Assembly: GCA_002376005.1 (NCBI GenBank)
Contig: DFNJ01000027.1
Coordinates: 8,587-72,586, forward strand
Reading direction: 5' to 3'
Source: Firmicutes bacterium UBA3570
Lineage (GTDB): Bacteria; Bacillota; Sulfobacillia; UBA3561
Length of the DNA: 64,000 bases
In this document: piece by piece, positions 1 to 9,440 of the stretch
Position numbering within the stretch: the stretch's first letter is position 1
How the letters are laid out: each line of letters opens with the position of its first letter
Translations under genes and position numbers: made by a program
Notes under the pieces: model-generated
What the model saw: only the letters and a program-made list of their open reading frames with translations
The model's database searches: none
Told to the model about the DNA's origin: nothing

Positions 1-53
1 CGCTCCTCGCGCCTGTTGAAACGTGGCCCGGCTATTCCCCCAGGGCTTTTCCG

Positions 54-1117
54 GTGTGCGTTTACGACAAAGACGAGCACTACTTTCTCAACCATCCGGA
101 ACCCCCTCAGGGTCGCCCGCCCGAGCTGACAGCGGCCACGGCCTGCGAGATTGGAGGGCTTATGACCGCAGTCATTCCAGCGGACATCTGCTCGGATGAA
201 CGCAGTCTTATCCCGCTGCTCTACCATGAATGTTTCCATGCTCATCAGAATAGGGGGGCCTTTCGCTTTGCCGAGAAGTTTGATTTCTTTAGGTGCCTCG
301 CCTACTACCCAGAACTGAATGCTCAGTATCGTGCTTTGTGTGCTGCCGAGGCGGAGGTTCTCGCCAATCGTGAACTTCATCCTCGCCACACAAGGCCACC
401 TACCTGGCTGCTCTGGCGAGGAGGCGGTACGGGGTGCTACAGGAACGAGGTGAGCTGGTTGAGTTTGAGCGAAGCTCCTAGCGACGGGAAGGGACGGCTT
501 CCTATGTGGAGCAAAAGGCAGCCTTAGCCCTCTTCGGGAAGGACCCTGAGCCCGGTTTGCCCCGATACGGTTGGTCCCGGCAATATGCCTATGGAGCCGC
601 CGTTTGCCATCTGCTTGAAGCAACGCTCGATGCGAACTGGCAGGGTCAGGTTGAACAAGGGGCAGCGCCCACCCAGGTTCTTTGCGATGCGTTCGAAGAC
701 GAGGAGGCCGACCTTTGCCAGCTGAATTTGGAGGGCAAGTTGACAACGGAGAAACGGAGGGTCGAGGAGCTTCGAGCACAGGTAATGACCCAGCTTAATG
801 ATCTACAAACGGCTGGGATAACGCGGATCCAATTGCCTAAAGCTACCACTATCCGTCGCTCCTTCAATCCAACGCGGGTTACTTCTCTTGGGGATGGTCG
901 TCTGGTATACCAGGGCTTCCTAATCTTGCAGCTCCCGTCCGGTACCATATCGGTACGTGATGACCTTGCGGTTGAGGATTATGAAAGCGGGTTCTTAATG
1001 CTGCGGAGGTTCCCTGTTCGTGTGTCGGACGGAAGGCTTTCTTATCAGAGTGCTACCCTCTCTGTATCCCTCGTTGAGGTGAGTCAAACGGCTCAGGGAG
1101 ACATCGTCATCGAGTAG
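54..1117 (+). pseudogene. Disrupted gene: N-terminal HExxH (YHECFHAH) metallopeptidase-like part in frame 0 (54-527) continuing in frame 2 (about 374-1117) across a frameshift near 370 and one in-frame TAG near 479-481
   Basis: ORF 54-527 contains HECFH (HExxH) zinc-binding-like motif. Frame 2 reads protein-like sequence (KATYLAALARRRYGVLQERGELVEFERSS*RREGTASYVEQKAALALFGK...) from ~374 to 1117, interrupted only by a TAG at ~479. The frame-0 tail after ~370 is W/G/R-rich and not protein-like. Region is lower GC than the rest of the window. Confidence 0.35.
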
Positions 1118-2297
1118 AGAGGCAGCACCGCGGCGGCGGTAGTCGCGGATAAGACAAGATCAAACAGGCAGTCTGAGTTTTGTGTACCTCGTCACGCTCT
1201 GCATCCCATCGCATCTGACCATGGAAGGTTCCATCTTGGCTACGAGCTCGCCAGGTGTTCGGTGTCACCCGAGGGAATGGGTGCTTTGCTAGCTAGCTAT
1301 TGGTTTGCAGGACCGAGACCATGCGGGAACGCTGCTCCTCTAATTCATACTCATGTGCGCGGCTTCGACCATCATAACAACCTGCCGCCTACTCGGATGG
1401 ATGGCATTTGGTAGGATGGCCCTCACTATAAACGCAGGTGTACTGCATCATCTTCCGGCGAGCACCTATGGGTTACCACTGGGTTTCTGGGTGTCCAAGG
1501 CGTTTTAGGTCCTACGTCGTCCGGTGGCTACCATCATCAGGGAGTCGCGGCGCTTTGAATAGCAGGGCATTCGCAGCAAGGTGTGTTCAAACGGCTCTGT
1601 CGTGAAGCACCGGAGGGGGTTTCCCTTTCTGAGCAGCGAAAGAGACGCTGTACTGACTATATGTAGCCGTTGATCACTGTACAGGTGATGTCGTATCCGG
1701 TCACGCAGCGACTCCACTGCTGGCATCTTGGCCGGCTCCTTTACTGAAGAGTCGTCGGTTCGGTCTTGCTCACAACCTTCGCTTCAGTAGGGAGCGGCCT
1801 TCCTTATTCCACACAACGTCGACGCTTCGCTGGCCACAACTGGGGAATTTTGTTGTCCCCTTAGGGGGATTTTGTCGTGGCCGTGTACAGTGGAGCGCGT
1901 GAATCGCGGAGCTGAAAGGGCGGCTGCGAGTAGTGGCTCTCCTCCCCGACCGGGATTCGTCTGTCTGCTGGCTGGAGCAGTGTTGCTGGAGATACGCAAG
2001 GAATGGATTGCCACTAGGTGTTACTTTAGTCGGGAATCCGTGGAAGCTAGTCACGCCCGAGGCTAACACTCCAGCCAAGGAGGACCTGAGAGCAGCAGCA
2101 CGGTAGATAACTAATGCCAGCTCAAAGCCACAATCTACACTAAGCGTTGAGACGTAATCCGTTTGAGACGGAGTCGATGGCTGGGTCAAGCGGAACATGC
2201 AATGAATCGGCGGCAGAATAGTGCCTGGCCCCGGAATGTCAGTGTGTCACCTGGTTATCCCGGCGACCGGCGTCTCTTCTGCGAGGTGGCAAGGGAG

Positions 2298-2639
2298 ATG
2301 GACGACCTCAACGTGCTCAGGGGCAAAGATCGTTCGGCGGTGGAAACCTTCTGCCGGAAAGTCATAGACAAATTCGGTCGGGAGGTCGTTGGCCTTACGC
2401 TCTTTGGATCGAAAGTGCGCGGGAGTGACCAGCCTGGGTCCGACATAGACGTGCTCGTAGTCGTTTCTGCTAGAACCCCGGCCCTGGTCGACGGAATCAT
2501 TGACGTTGCCTTCGAAGTCAACCTTGCTTTTGACGTCTACATTTCCCCCCGAGTCGTCGGCCGGAACGCATTGAGCGATCCCCGTTGGGCCGTGACACCT
2601 TTGATCCAGGCTGTCAGGAGAGAAGGTGTCGCAATATGA
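2298..2639 (+). CDS. Minimal nucleotidyltransferase (MNT, Pol-beta superfamily NTase), putative antitoxin of a HEPN/MNT pair
   Basis: GS-x9-SDIDVLVVV motif (LFGSKVRGSDQPGSDIDVLVVV). Start chosen at ATG 2298 inside ORF 2163-2639. Stop TGA overlaps the downstream ATG (ATGA at 2636-2639). Confidence 0.75.
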   Translation: MDDLNVLRGKDRSAVETFCRKVIDKFGREVVGLTLFGSKVRGSDQPGSDIDVLVVVSARTPALVDGIIDVAFEVNLAFDVYISPRVVGRNALSDPRWAVTPLIQAVRREGVAI

Positions 2640-2974
2640 AGGACGCCGGGAGATGCTTGGCTGAGAACCGGATCCTCCGGGGGCGCGAGGCCTTCGGGGA
2701 TGCCGAGCTTCTGCTTGAACACGGCTCTCTGGTCGGGGCTGTGAACCGCCTCTATTATGCAGCCTTGTACCCTGGCACTGCCTTACTCGCAACACGTGGA
2801 TTGCACTCAAATAGACACAGCGGGGTAATCTTCCTCTTCCAGCGGCACTTCGTCAAGACGGGAATGGTTCCACGGGAGGTTCCAAGGGCGTTGCCACGGT
2901 CCTTCGAACGGCGACAAGACACGGACTACGGCGACTACATCACCGTGAGCCCGGAGGAAGTCCGCTCTATTTAA
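2636..2974 (+). CDS. HEPN domain protein (PF05168-like), putative toxin partner of MNT
   Basis: Start ATG 2636 overlaps MNT stop. C-terminal motif FERRQDTDYGD matches the R-x-x-x-x-x-Y-G-D signature shared with the second pair (LRKEREFAFYGD at 20692-21108). ~112 aa, typical HEPN size. Confidence 0.65.
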   Translation: MKDAGRCLAENRILRGREAFGDAELLLEHGSLVGAVNRLYYAALYPGTALLATRGLHSNRHSGVIFLFQRHFVKTGMVPREVPRALPRSFERRQDTDYGDYITVSPEEVRSI

Positions 2975-3330
2975 GGAAGAAGTGGGGCGTTTCCTCGAGG
3001 TGTGCGGGCGCGCCATTGACTCGCTGTGACCGCTTGGGCGTAACGGCGTCCGAGTCAAGACGCCGCCCCCGAGTATCCCTAGGGGTCTACATCTTCAAAC
3101 GGGATCGCCGAGTGCTTCCCGTGCACCAGGGACGATGTTGAAGCTCTGCTTCCTTCGGCGGAGGAGGTGCGGCCGCGGAGGAGATTCGCCCAGCCCGGAA
3201 AATGAGCGACATCTTTCGGACCGGTCTACTGGTAACTGATCGAGGAGCCCGGAACCGGTTGGGGCTGTTGAGCGTCTAAGGAATCGGGTCTTGCCGAACC
3301 CAGGATGCCACTGTGGGAGGAGGGGTCCTG

Positions 3331-4221
3331 TTGGAAAGATGGTTTCGGGTTGCCGTCCTGTTGTTGGCACTTAGTGTCCTGCTCAACATTTGGGCTATAT
3401 ACAGATTGCGGATATTGAGCGAGGAAGTGATTGCGATCCGCCTCCTCCCGATAGGGACTACCGACATCGAGCGGCGGATTGCCGAACTGGAAGCTATGCT
3501 ACGGCAGATTCGCGAGGAGCAACGTTGGATTACGCCCGTACAGCCAGAGCTCGGCACACGGGTTGGTGACACGCAGAAGGTAAAGCTTACGTGGCAGATT
3601 AAGGAGTATCCCCCGGGAGCATCGGTCACCTTCTATTATCGTGAGCGAGGGGCAGATGAGTTCGAGGCGATGCCGGCTACCTCGGCGGGCCTTGGTCGCT
3701 TTCAAGTCGAGCTGGAGATTGAGCGTCAAGTAGCTCCCCAGTGGGTGATAAGCCGGGTATACAAAGGAAAGACTGCTGTCCGAACTGATCAGGTTGCTCT
3801 TCCCACTCCTTTCAGCCACCTCTATGAGTACTACATTACGGTGGAGGACGGAGAGTGCATACGTAGTAGCGAAGTGGGAACCATCGACCTCCGAAAGGTA
3901 TCAATGATGACCGTGCCTCCTTTGCAAGTCCAATTGGAGATTGACGAGGAGAAAGACCAAGTCAGGGTGACCTTGTTCGAACGCGCAACTCGAGAGCCCG
4001 AGATCAAGCTGGCACGCGCTTTTCTGGAAGTGTATGCAGGAGAGGTGAAGCTGGCCGAGGAGGAGCTCCAAGTGGCTGGAACGGACAGACACGGTGACTG
4101 GGACGTGCCTATCTACGAGGTGGTCTGGTGGAATTCCCGCGGTCGATTCTTCGACCGGCTCTACCTCCGAGTGGAGTATGACAACGGAGAGACGGTGCGG
4201 CAAGACATCCTTGGCCAGTGA
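3331..4221 (+). CDS. Membrane-anchored hypothetical protein (N-terminal TM helix, coiled-coil, beta-rich C-terminal region)
   Basis: ORF 3313-4221. TTG 3331 preceded by GGGAGGAGGGG gives M-ERWFRVAVLLLALSVLLNIWAIY TM helix. No recognisable catalytic motif. Lies in the low-GC island. Confidence 0.5.
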   Translation: MERWFRVAVLLLALSVLLNIWAIYRLRILSEEVIAIRLLPIGTTDIERRIAELEAMLRQIREEQRWITPVQPELGTRVGDTQKVKLTWQIKEYPPGASVTFYYRERGADEFEAMPATSAGLGRFQVELEIERQVAPQWVISRVYKGKTAVRTDQVALPTPFSHLYEYYITVEDGECIRSSEVGTIDLRKVSMMTVPPLQVQLEIDEEKDQVRVTLFERATREPEIKLARAFLEVYAGEVKLAEEELQVAGTDRHGDWDVPIYEVVWWNSRGRFFDRLYLRVEYDNGETVRQDILGQ

Positions 4222-4439
4222 CTGTCCCAATCGCAAGTTCGCACCCAAGATTGAGAGAGCAATTCAGGCTGCCCGTGACATGAAGGAATGTCTTTGCGAA
4301 TCAAGAAATACGCTAATCTAGCGGTAAAATGATACAAGCCCTTTGGGACTCCTTTCCAGTGCCTCTGGGTGAGAGATTCGGCTCTCCTTCCCCGTCCTTT
4401 GAGTCAGGGAGATAACCTGGGGTCGTCCACGTCCTGGAG

Positions 4440-6221
4440 GTGGAAGAGTTGTCGCCTTCGCTGAGGGCCATTCGGCACACGTTGCGACTTCTGCGTCCGT
4501 ACCGAGCGCTGGCGGCATTGATCTTGCTCCTGCTGGTCATGCAGACCGCTCTGGCGGTGGCCGACCCGCTGATTCTGAGACACCTCATTGATGGGCTGGC
4601 GGCTACCACCCGGGCACGGTTTGAGCTCGTAGTCATGGTGGGCGCGGTATTCTTTGCGGTCATCATTTTGCGCTCGGCGCTGGAATTCGCCCTGGGTGTG
4701 GGATATGCGCGCTTGGGCACTTGTCTTACCCGCGATCTGCGTTCAGAGCTCATGGCATCGGTGGTGCGCCTGCCGTATCCTACCTTCCAGCGCTACTCCA
4801 CGGGCGACCTCATGGCGCGCATCAACGACGACGTGGCGGCATTGGAAAGATTCATTACCGAATCGCTGGTGATGGTGGTGCTGGATTCAGTCCTGGTCAT
4901 CGTCACCCTGGGGGTCTTGCTCCATTTCAATCTGCCTCTGACCTTGCTGCTTTTGGTACTGTTGCCCTTGCATCCGGCACTGTTCCGGCTGGTGCGGGGT
5001 CGGGTGCGTCAGGCCGCCCGGGAGCAGCGCAGCCGGAACGCGACTCATGTGGCGTGGGTGAAGGATATCCTAGACGGCATTCAGGTGGTGCTCGCCTTCC
5101 GCGCCGGACGGGCGATCAGGGAGCGCTACGAAGAAATCCTGAGGCACCTTGCTGATACGACCTATCGCTGGCAGGTCCTGCGGTCGATTGGTCCGGTACT
5201 GGCCGAAGGTGCCTCCGCGTTGCTTCGGACGGTGGTGATCATCGGCTACGGCGGTTGGCTGGTTCTCCAGGGTCAGCTCACGCTGGGTTCACTGGTGGCC
5301 TTTTTTCTCTACTCTGAGCGGCTGATTGCTCCCCTAGTACGCCTGTTTCGAGTAAACATCGTGCTGCAATCGTCTCTCGCCTCTTTTGAGCGAATCTGGG
5401 AGCTGTTGCCGGAGGGTTCCTGGTACGAGGGGGCTAGCATCCTAGGCCCACGCCAGGAGACTGCCACCGTCAGGCACCTGGGGGGGGATGACGCGGCAGA
5501 TCTGGCTAGTGATCCACCTGGTGGGCACCAGACCGTAGGGATCCAAGTGGATCGCCTGAGCTTTCAGTATGAAACTGGCGAGGTGGCGGCGGTGGAAGGA
5601 GTCTCCCTAGTGGTGCCGGCGGGGGGACAGGTGGCCTTGGTGGGGGCCAGCGGGAGTGGAAAGAGCACCTTGCTCATGTTGCTAGCCGGCTTGTTCGAGT
5701 CGGAGGTGGGCAGCATCACTTATCGCTGGCCGGATGGTACGCCAGTCAGCCCGGGTAAGCTGAGATTGGGCTTTGTGCCCCAGGAGACGTTTCTCTTCAA
5801 CTTGACCCTTCGTGAGAACCTGCTGCTGGTCCGGCCCGAAGCCACCGAAGAGATGCTGCAGAGAGCCATGCGGTTGGCTTGCATTGATGACCTGCCCCTG
5901 GACGAATCAGTAGGCAACCGGGGAGAGCGTCTGTCAGGGGGGCAACGCCAGCGAGTGGCGGTTGCCCGCGCACTGCTGTATGAACCGCATGTGCTTCTCC
6001 TGGATGAGGCCACCTCGGCCCTGGATCCGGAACTGGAGGCCAGACTCCTGGCCAACCTCCGCCAATTGGGCCTCACCCTCATTTTGGCCACCCACCGGAT
6101 CCATGCCGTGCAGGACTTTCCTCGACTTTACGTGTTCCGGCACGGCCGCATCGTGGGGGAGGGCACCCACGAGGAACTCCTTGCCGGCTGCGAGGCGTAT
6201 CGCGAACTGTTGGGCTTGTAG
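4440..6221 (+). CDS. ABC transporter, fused permease/ATP-binding protein (MsbA-type exporter)
   Basis: GTG start. 6 predicted TM segments then Walker A GASGSGKST, ABC signature LSGGQRQRVAVARAL, Walker B LLLDEATSALD. Unusual ~40-aa Gly/Asp-rich insert (GPRQETATVRHLGGDDAADLASDPPGGHQTVG) between TMD and NBD. Confidence 0.9.
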   Translation: MEELSPSLRAIRHTLRLLRPYRALAALILLLLVMQTALAVADPLILRHLIDGLAATTRARFELVVMVGAVFFAVIILRSALEFALGVGYARLGTCLTRDLRSELMASVVRLPYPTFQRYSTGDLMARINDDVAALERFITESLVMVVLDSVLVIVTLGVLLHFNLPLTLLLLVLLPLHPALFRLVRGRVRQAAREQRSRNATHVAWVKDILDGIQVVLAFRAGRAIRERYEEILRHLADTTYRWQVLRSIGPVLAEGASALLRTVVIIGYGGWLVLQGQLTLGSLVAFFLYSERLIAPLVRLFRVNIVLQSSLASFERIWELLPEGSWYEGASILGPRQETATVRHLGGDDAADLASDPPGGHQTVGIQVDRLSFQYETGEVAAVEGVSLVVPAGGQVALVGASGSGKSTLLMLLAGLFESEVGSITYRWPDGTPVSPGKLRLGFVPQETFLFNLTLRENLLLVRPEATEEMLQRAMRLACIDDLPLDESVGNRGERLSGGQRQRVAVARALLYEPHVLLLDEATSALDPELEARLLANLRQLGLTLILATHRIHAVQDFPRLYVFRHGRIVGEGTHEELLAGCEAYRELLGL

Positions 6222-6549
6222 GTGCCGTGACACTTTGCCGCCCCACCCCCACAGAACTCCTTGGGTCCCGGGGAAAAGGTTCCCGCCGCGACAACATCCT
6301 AGTTTCGGCTTTGCCGCCTGTGTCCGGCCTGTGGACAATGTTGGCTGTATCGGCGGTGCATGTGGTGCCGGGAATCCACTTTGGGCTACTGGCCAGCGAA
6401 TCTGCACCACCGCCTGTAGTTTGAAGCACGATACTTTCCGGGAGGTCACCGGGTGAAGTGATTCCCGAGTGAGCCGGGGACCCCAGGCAGGACCGAAAAC
6501 CCCATGGATAGAACCTCATGTGGCGCAGGGTTGGGCTAATGACAGTAGC

Positions 6550-8295
6550 ATGGTCGGAAAAGAGGTGGCGCGATTGCGAAATCACGAGGTGGCATGGGTC
6601 TTCCAGCGGATTGCCGATCTCCTGGAGATCAAAGGAGCACCCAGCTACAAGGTTCGGGCATATCGCCGGGCGGCGCACTCCATCCTGGCCCTTCCGCGAC
6701 CAGTGGAGGACTACCACGCCGAGGGACGACTGACCGAAATCCCTGGAGTGGGGAAAGCATTGGCCGGCAAGATCGACGAGATCCTGGCCAGCGGGACGTG
6801 CCGGCTCCTGAAGGAGCTGGAGGAAGAAGTGCCGCCGGGGCTCCTGGAGATGCTGGAGGTCCCCGGAGTTGGTGCCAAAACGGCCGCACTGGTCTACCGG
6901 CAGCTGGGGATCACTGACCTGGACGGGCTGGAGAGGGCGGCTCGCGACCATCGCCTGCGTACGCTCCCGGGAATGGGCGGGAAGAAGGAATCCAATATAC
7001 TGCACGGCATCGCCCTGGTGCGGCGGCGTCCGGACCGGCTCCCCCTGGGGGTGGCAAGGTCACTGGCGGAAAGCATTCGCGAGGCACTGGTCCGGTCGGG
7101 GCTGGCGGAGAGGGTGGAGATCGCCGGAAGCCTGAGGCGATGGCGGGAGACGGTGGGAGATATCGATTTGGTGGCCGCCAGTCCTCACCCCGAGCAGCTC
7201 GTTGAGGTATTCACTGCCCTGCCGATTTGCGAGGAAGTCATCGAGAAGGGTCCCACCCGTGCCCGCATCCGCTGCCGGCCAGTGGGGCAGGTGGATCTTC
7301 GGGTGGTGAGCGGGGACGAGTTTCCTTGCGCGCTGCTCTATCTCACCGGTTCCAAGGAACACAACCTGCGGTTGCGGTCGCTGGCGCAGCGTAAGGGCCT
7401 GAAGCTTAACGAGTACGGGCTCTTCCGAGGGGGGGAACGTCTGGCCATTGCCTGCGAGGCGGACGTGTACGAGGCCCTCGGGCTCCAGTGGATTCCTCCC
7501 GAGCTGCGCGAGGACGCGGGGGAGATCGAAGCTGCCCTCCGAGGAGAGCTGCCACGCTTGATCGAGCTGGATGACATCAAGGGTGATCTCCACGTTCACA
7601 CCACTTGGACCGACGGGACGGCGGACATTCTTGAGATGGCAGGGGCGGCGGCGGAGCTGGGCTACAGCTATCTTGCCATCTGTGACCATTCCAAGTCGCT
7701 CACCGTTGCCGTGGGCCTGGACGAGAAAAGGTTGCTGGAACAGAAGGCGGCCGTTGAACGATACAGGAAACGATCCACGGAACCGTACCTTCTCGCGGGC
7801 GTCGAAGTGGACATCCTGGCCGATGGTACTCTGGATCTAGAAGAGTCGGTGTTGGCGGGGCTGGATGTGGTGTGCGCTTCCGTGCATCGGGCGTTTCGCC
7901 AAAGCAGGGAAGACATGACAGCTCGTCTGCTCAGGGCGCTCCGCTCGCCGGTAGTACGCGTGCTCGGTCATCCTACCGGGCGCCTCCTGGGTACCAGGGA
8001 GTCCTGCGATATCGATCTGGAGGCGGTAATGGAGGCGGCCGCTGCTGAGGGCAAGATACTGGAAGTGAACGCGTCGCCGGAAAGACTGGATCTCAACGAC
8101 GCTGGCATTCGCATGGCCAAGGCCAAGGGGTGTCTGTTGGCCATAAACACCGACGCGCACGGCCCAGCGGGTCTACGGGACATGCGCTACGGGGTGGGGA
8201 TTGCCCGTCGCGCAGGCGTGACACCGGACATGGTAATAAACACCTGGCCACTGGACAGGTTACTGGCCTACCTGCGGTCCGCGGCGAACACATAG
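6550..8295 (+). CDS. polX: DNA polymerase/3'-5' exonuclease PolX with C-terminal PHP domain
   Basis: HhH motifs (IPGVGKALAGKI, VPGVGAKTA), Pol X palm region, C-terminal PHP histidines (HVHTTWTDG, CDHS). ORF runs from 6469 (GTG), but ATG 6550 (MVGKEVARLRNHEVAWVFQRIADLLE) matches the usual PolX N-terminus. Start is uncertain by 27 codons. Confidence 0.85.
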   Translation: MVGKEVARLRNHEVAWVFQRIADLLEIKGAPSYKVRAYRRAAHSILALPRPVEDYHAEGRLTEIPGVGKALAGKIDEILASGTCRLLKELEEEVPPGLLEMLEVPGVGAKTAALVYRQLGITDLDGLERAARDHRLRTLPGMGGKKESNILHGIALVRRRPDRLPLGVARSLAESIREALVRSGLAERVEIAGSLRRWRETVGDIDLVAASPHPEQLVEVFTALPICEEVIEKGPTRARIRCRPVGQVDLRVVSGDEFPCALLYLTGSKEHNLRLRSLAQRKGLKLNEYGLFRGGERLAIACEADVYEALGLQWIPPELREDAGEIEAALRGELPRLIELDDIKGDLHVHTTWTDGTADILEMAGAAAELGYSYLAICDHSKSLTVAVGLDEKRLLEQKAAVERYRKRSTEPYLLAGVEVDILADGTLDLEESVLAGLDVVCASVHRAFRQSREDMTARLLRALRSPVVRVLGHPTGRLLGTRESCDIDLEAVMEAAAAEGKILEVNASPERLDLNDAGIRMAKAKGCLLAINTDAHGPAGLRDMRYGVGIARRAGVTPDMVINTWPLDRLLAYLRSAANT

Positions 8296-8329
8296 GTACG
8301 ACCGGCGTCTCCTCATAATATGGCGGGAG

Positions 8330-8938
8330 GTGTTGGTCGTGTCCGATATGTTGGCAGAGGTGGGAAGTCTGCTTTTGAGGACCTTTGTACTGTACCTGGT
8401 GACCCTGGTGATCATGAGGATGATGGGTAAGAGGTCGGTGGGTAACCTGGCGCCCTTTGATCTGGCGGTTATAATCATCATTGGGTCGACGGCCGCGCTG
8501 CCCATGGAAGAGGACCGCATTCACCTGATCCGGGGCGTGGTGCCCATCGTGTTTCTGGGGATCCTGCAAGTGGGGTTGTCGTACGCCAACCTCCACAGCC
8601 CTCGATTGGAGCGTCTGACCCAGGGCACCTCCACGCTCCTGGTTCGGGACGGTGGTCCCATCGTGGAGAATCTGCGGCGCGAGAGGTTCACCCTGGAGGA
8701 TCTTTCCATCGTGCTCCGGGAAGGTGGGGTGGCTGACATACAAGAGGTCCAGGAGCTGCGCATCGAGCCTACGGGCCGCATCAGTATCATCAAGAATCCC
8801 GCTCACCGGCCCTTGACTCCCAGCGACTTGGGAATGCTGCTCCTCACCGAGATGGAGCGCTTGCAGATTCGCACTGACCGCGACATAATGGAGCAGGTGG
8901 GCAGAGTGCTCCGGGAGGCCAGGGGCGGTGTCGAGTGA
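8330..8938 (+). CDS. DUF421 (YetF-like) membrane protein
   Basis: N-terminal TM helices plus APFDLAVIIIIGSTAA and LLVRDGGPIVENLRRERFTLEDLSIVLREGG segments typical of DUF421/YetF family. Confidence 0.6.
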   Translation: MLVVSDMLAEVGSLLLRTFVLYLVTLVIMRMMGKRSVGNLAPFDLAVIIIIGSTAALPMEEDRIHLIRGVVPIVFLGILQVGLSYANLHSPRLERLTQGTSTLLVRDGGPIVENLRRERFTLEDLSIVLREGGVADIQEVQELRIEPTGRISIIKNPAHRPLTPSDLGMLLLTEMERLQIRTDRDIMEQVGRVLREARGGVE

Positions 8939-9440
8939 AAGGCCGCTTTTGGCTGAGATCTTCTCCACTCCGCTGGGATGGGTGGGGCTGGTGGTGGGAC
9001 CAAGGGGCCTGGAACGCGTGTGGCTTCCTCGCCACCGATCTGCCCTCTTGCGGGAGATGCGAAGTGCCTTCCCGCAGCTGACCTTGCTGGACGAACCCGA
9101 CGCCACGCGGCCGTGGCGCCAGGGAATTCTGGAGATGATGAAGGGACGGCCCCCTTCTTTTCCTGACCATCTCAACTGGGACAAGCTGAGTACTTTCACC
9201 CGGGCCGTACTGGTAGCGGTGCGCTCGATACCGTGGGGTACGGTGATGACCTATGGTCAATTGGCGGTGGCCGTGGGTCGCCCTCGGGCGGCGCGAGCGG
9301 TAGGGAGAGCTGTGGCCGCCAACCCCTGGCCGCTGGTGGTACCGTGTCACCGAGTGGTGAGGGCAGACGGGATCGGCGGATTTGGGGGCGGGGTGGAGTT
9401 GAAACGAACACTGTTACAGAAAGAGGGGATTTGGCGGTGA
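8928..9440 (+). CDS. ogt: Methylated-DNA--protein-cysteine methyltransferase (Ogt/MGMT)
   Basis: Active-site PCHRVV, upstream VPWGTVMTYGQLA and ARAVGRAVAANP motifs. Overlaps the upstream gene by 11 nt. Confidence 0.85.
   Translation: MSSERPLLAEIFSTPLGWVGLVVGPRGLERVWLPRHRSALLREMRSAFPQLTLLDEPDATRPWRQGILEMMKGRPPSFPDHLNWDKLSTFTRAVLVAVRSIPWGTVMTYGQLAVAVGRPRAARAVGRAVAANPWPLVVPCHRVVRADGIGGFGGGVELKRTLLQKEGIWR

Noticed and set aside
9233-9436. N-terminal 68 codons of ORF 9233-9991 (Gly/Arg-rich)
   Set aside because: Overlaps the ogt gene out of frame and is low-complexity. The real gene most plausibly starts at GTG 9437 or ATG 9539
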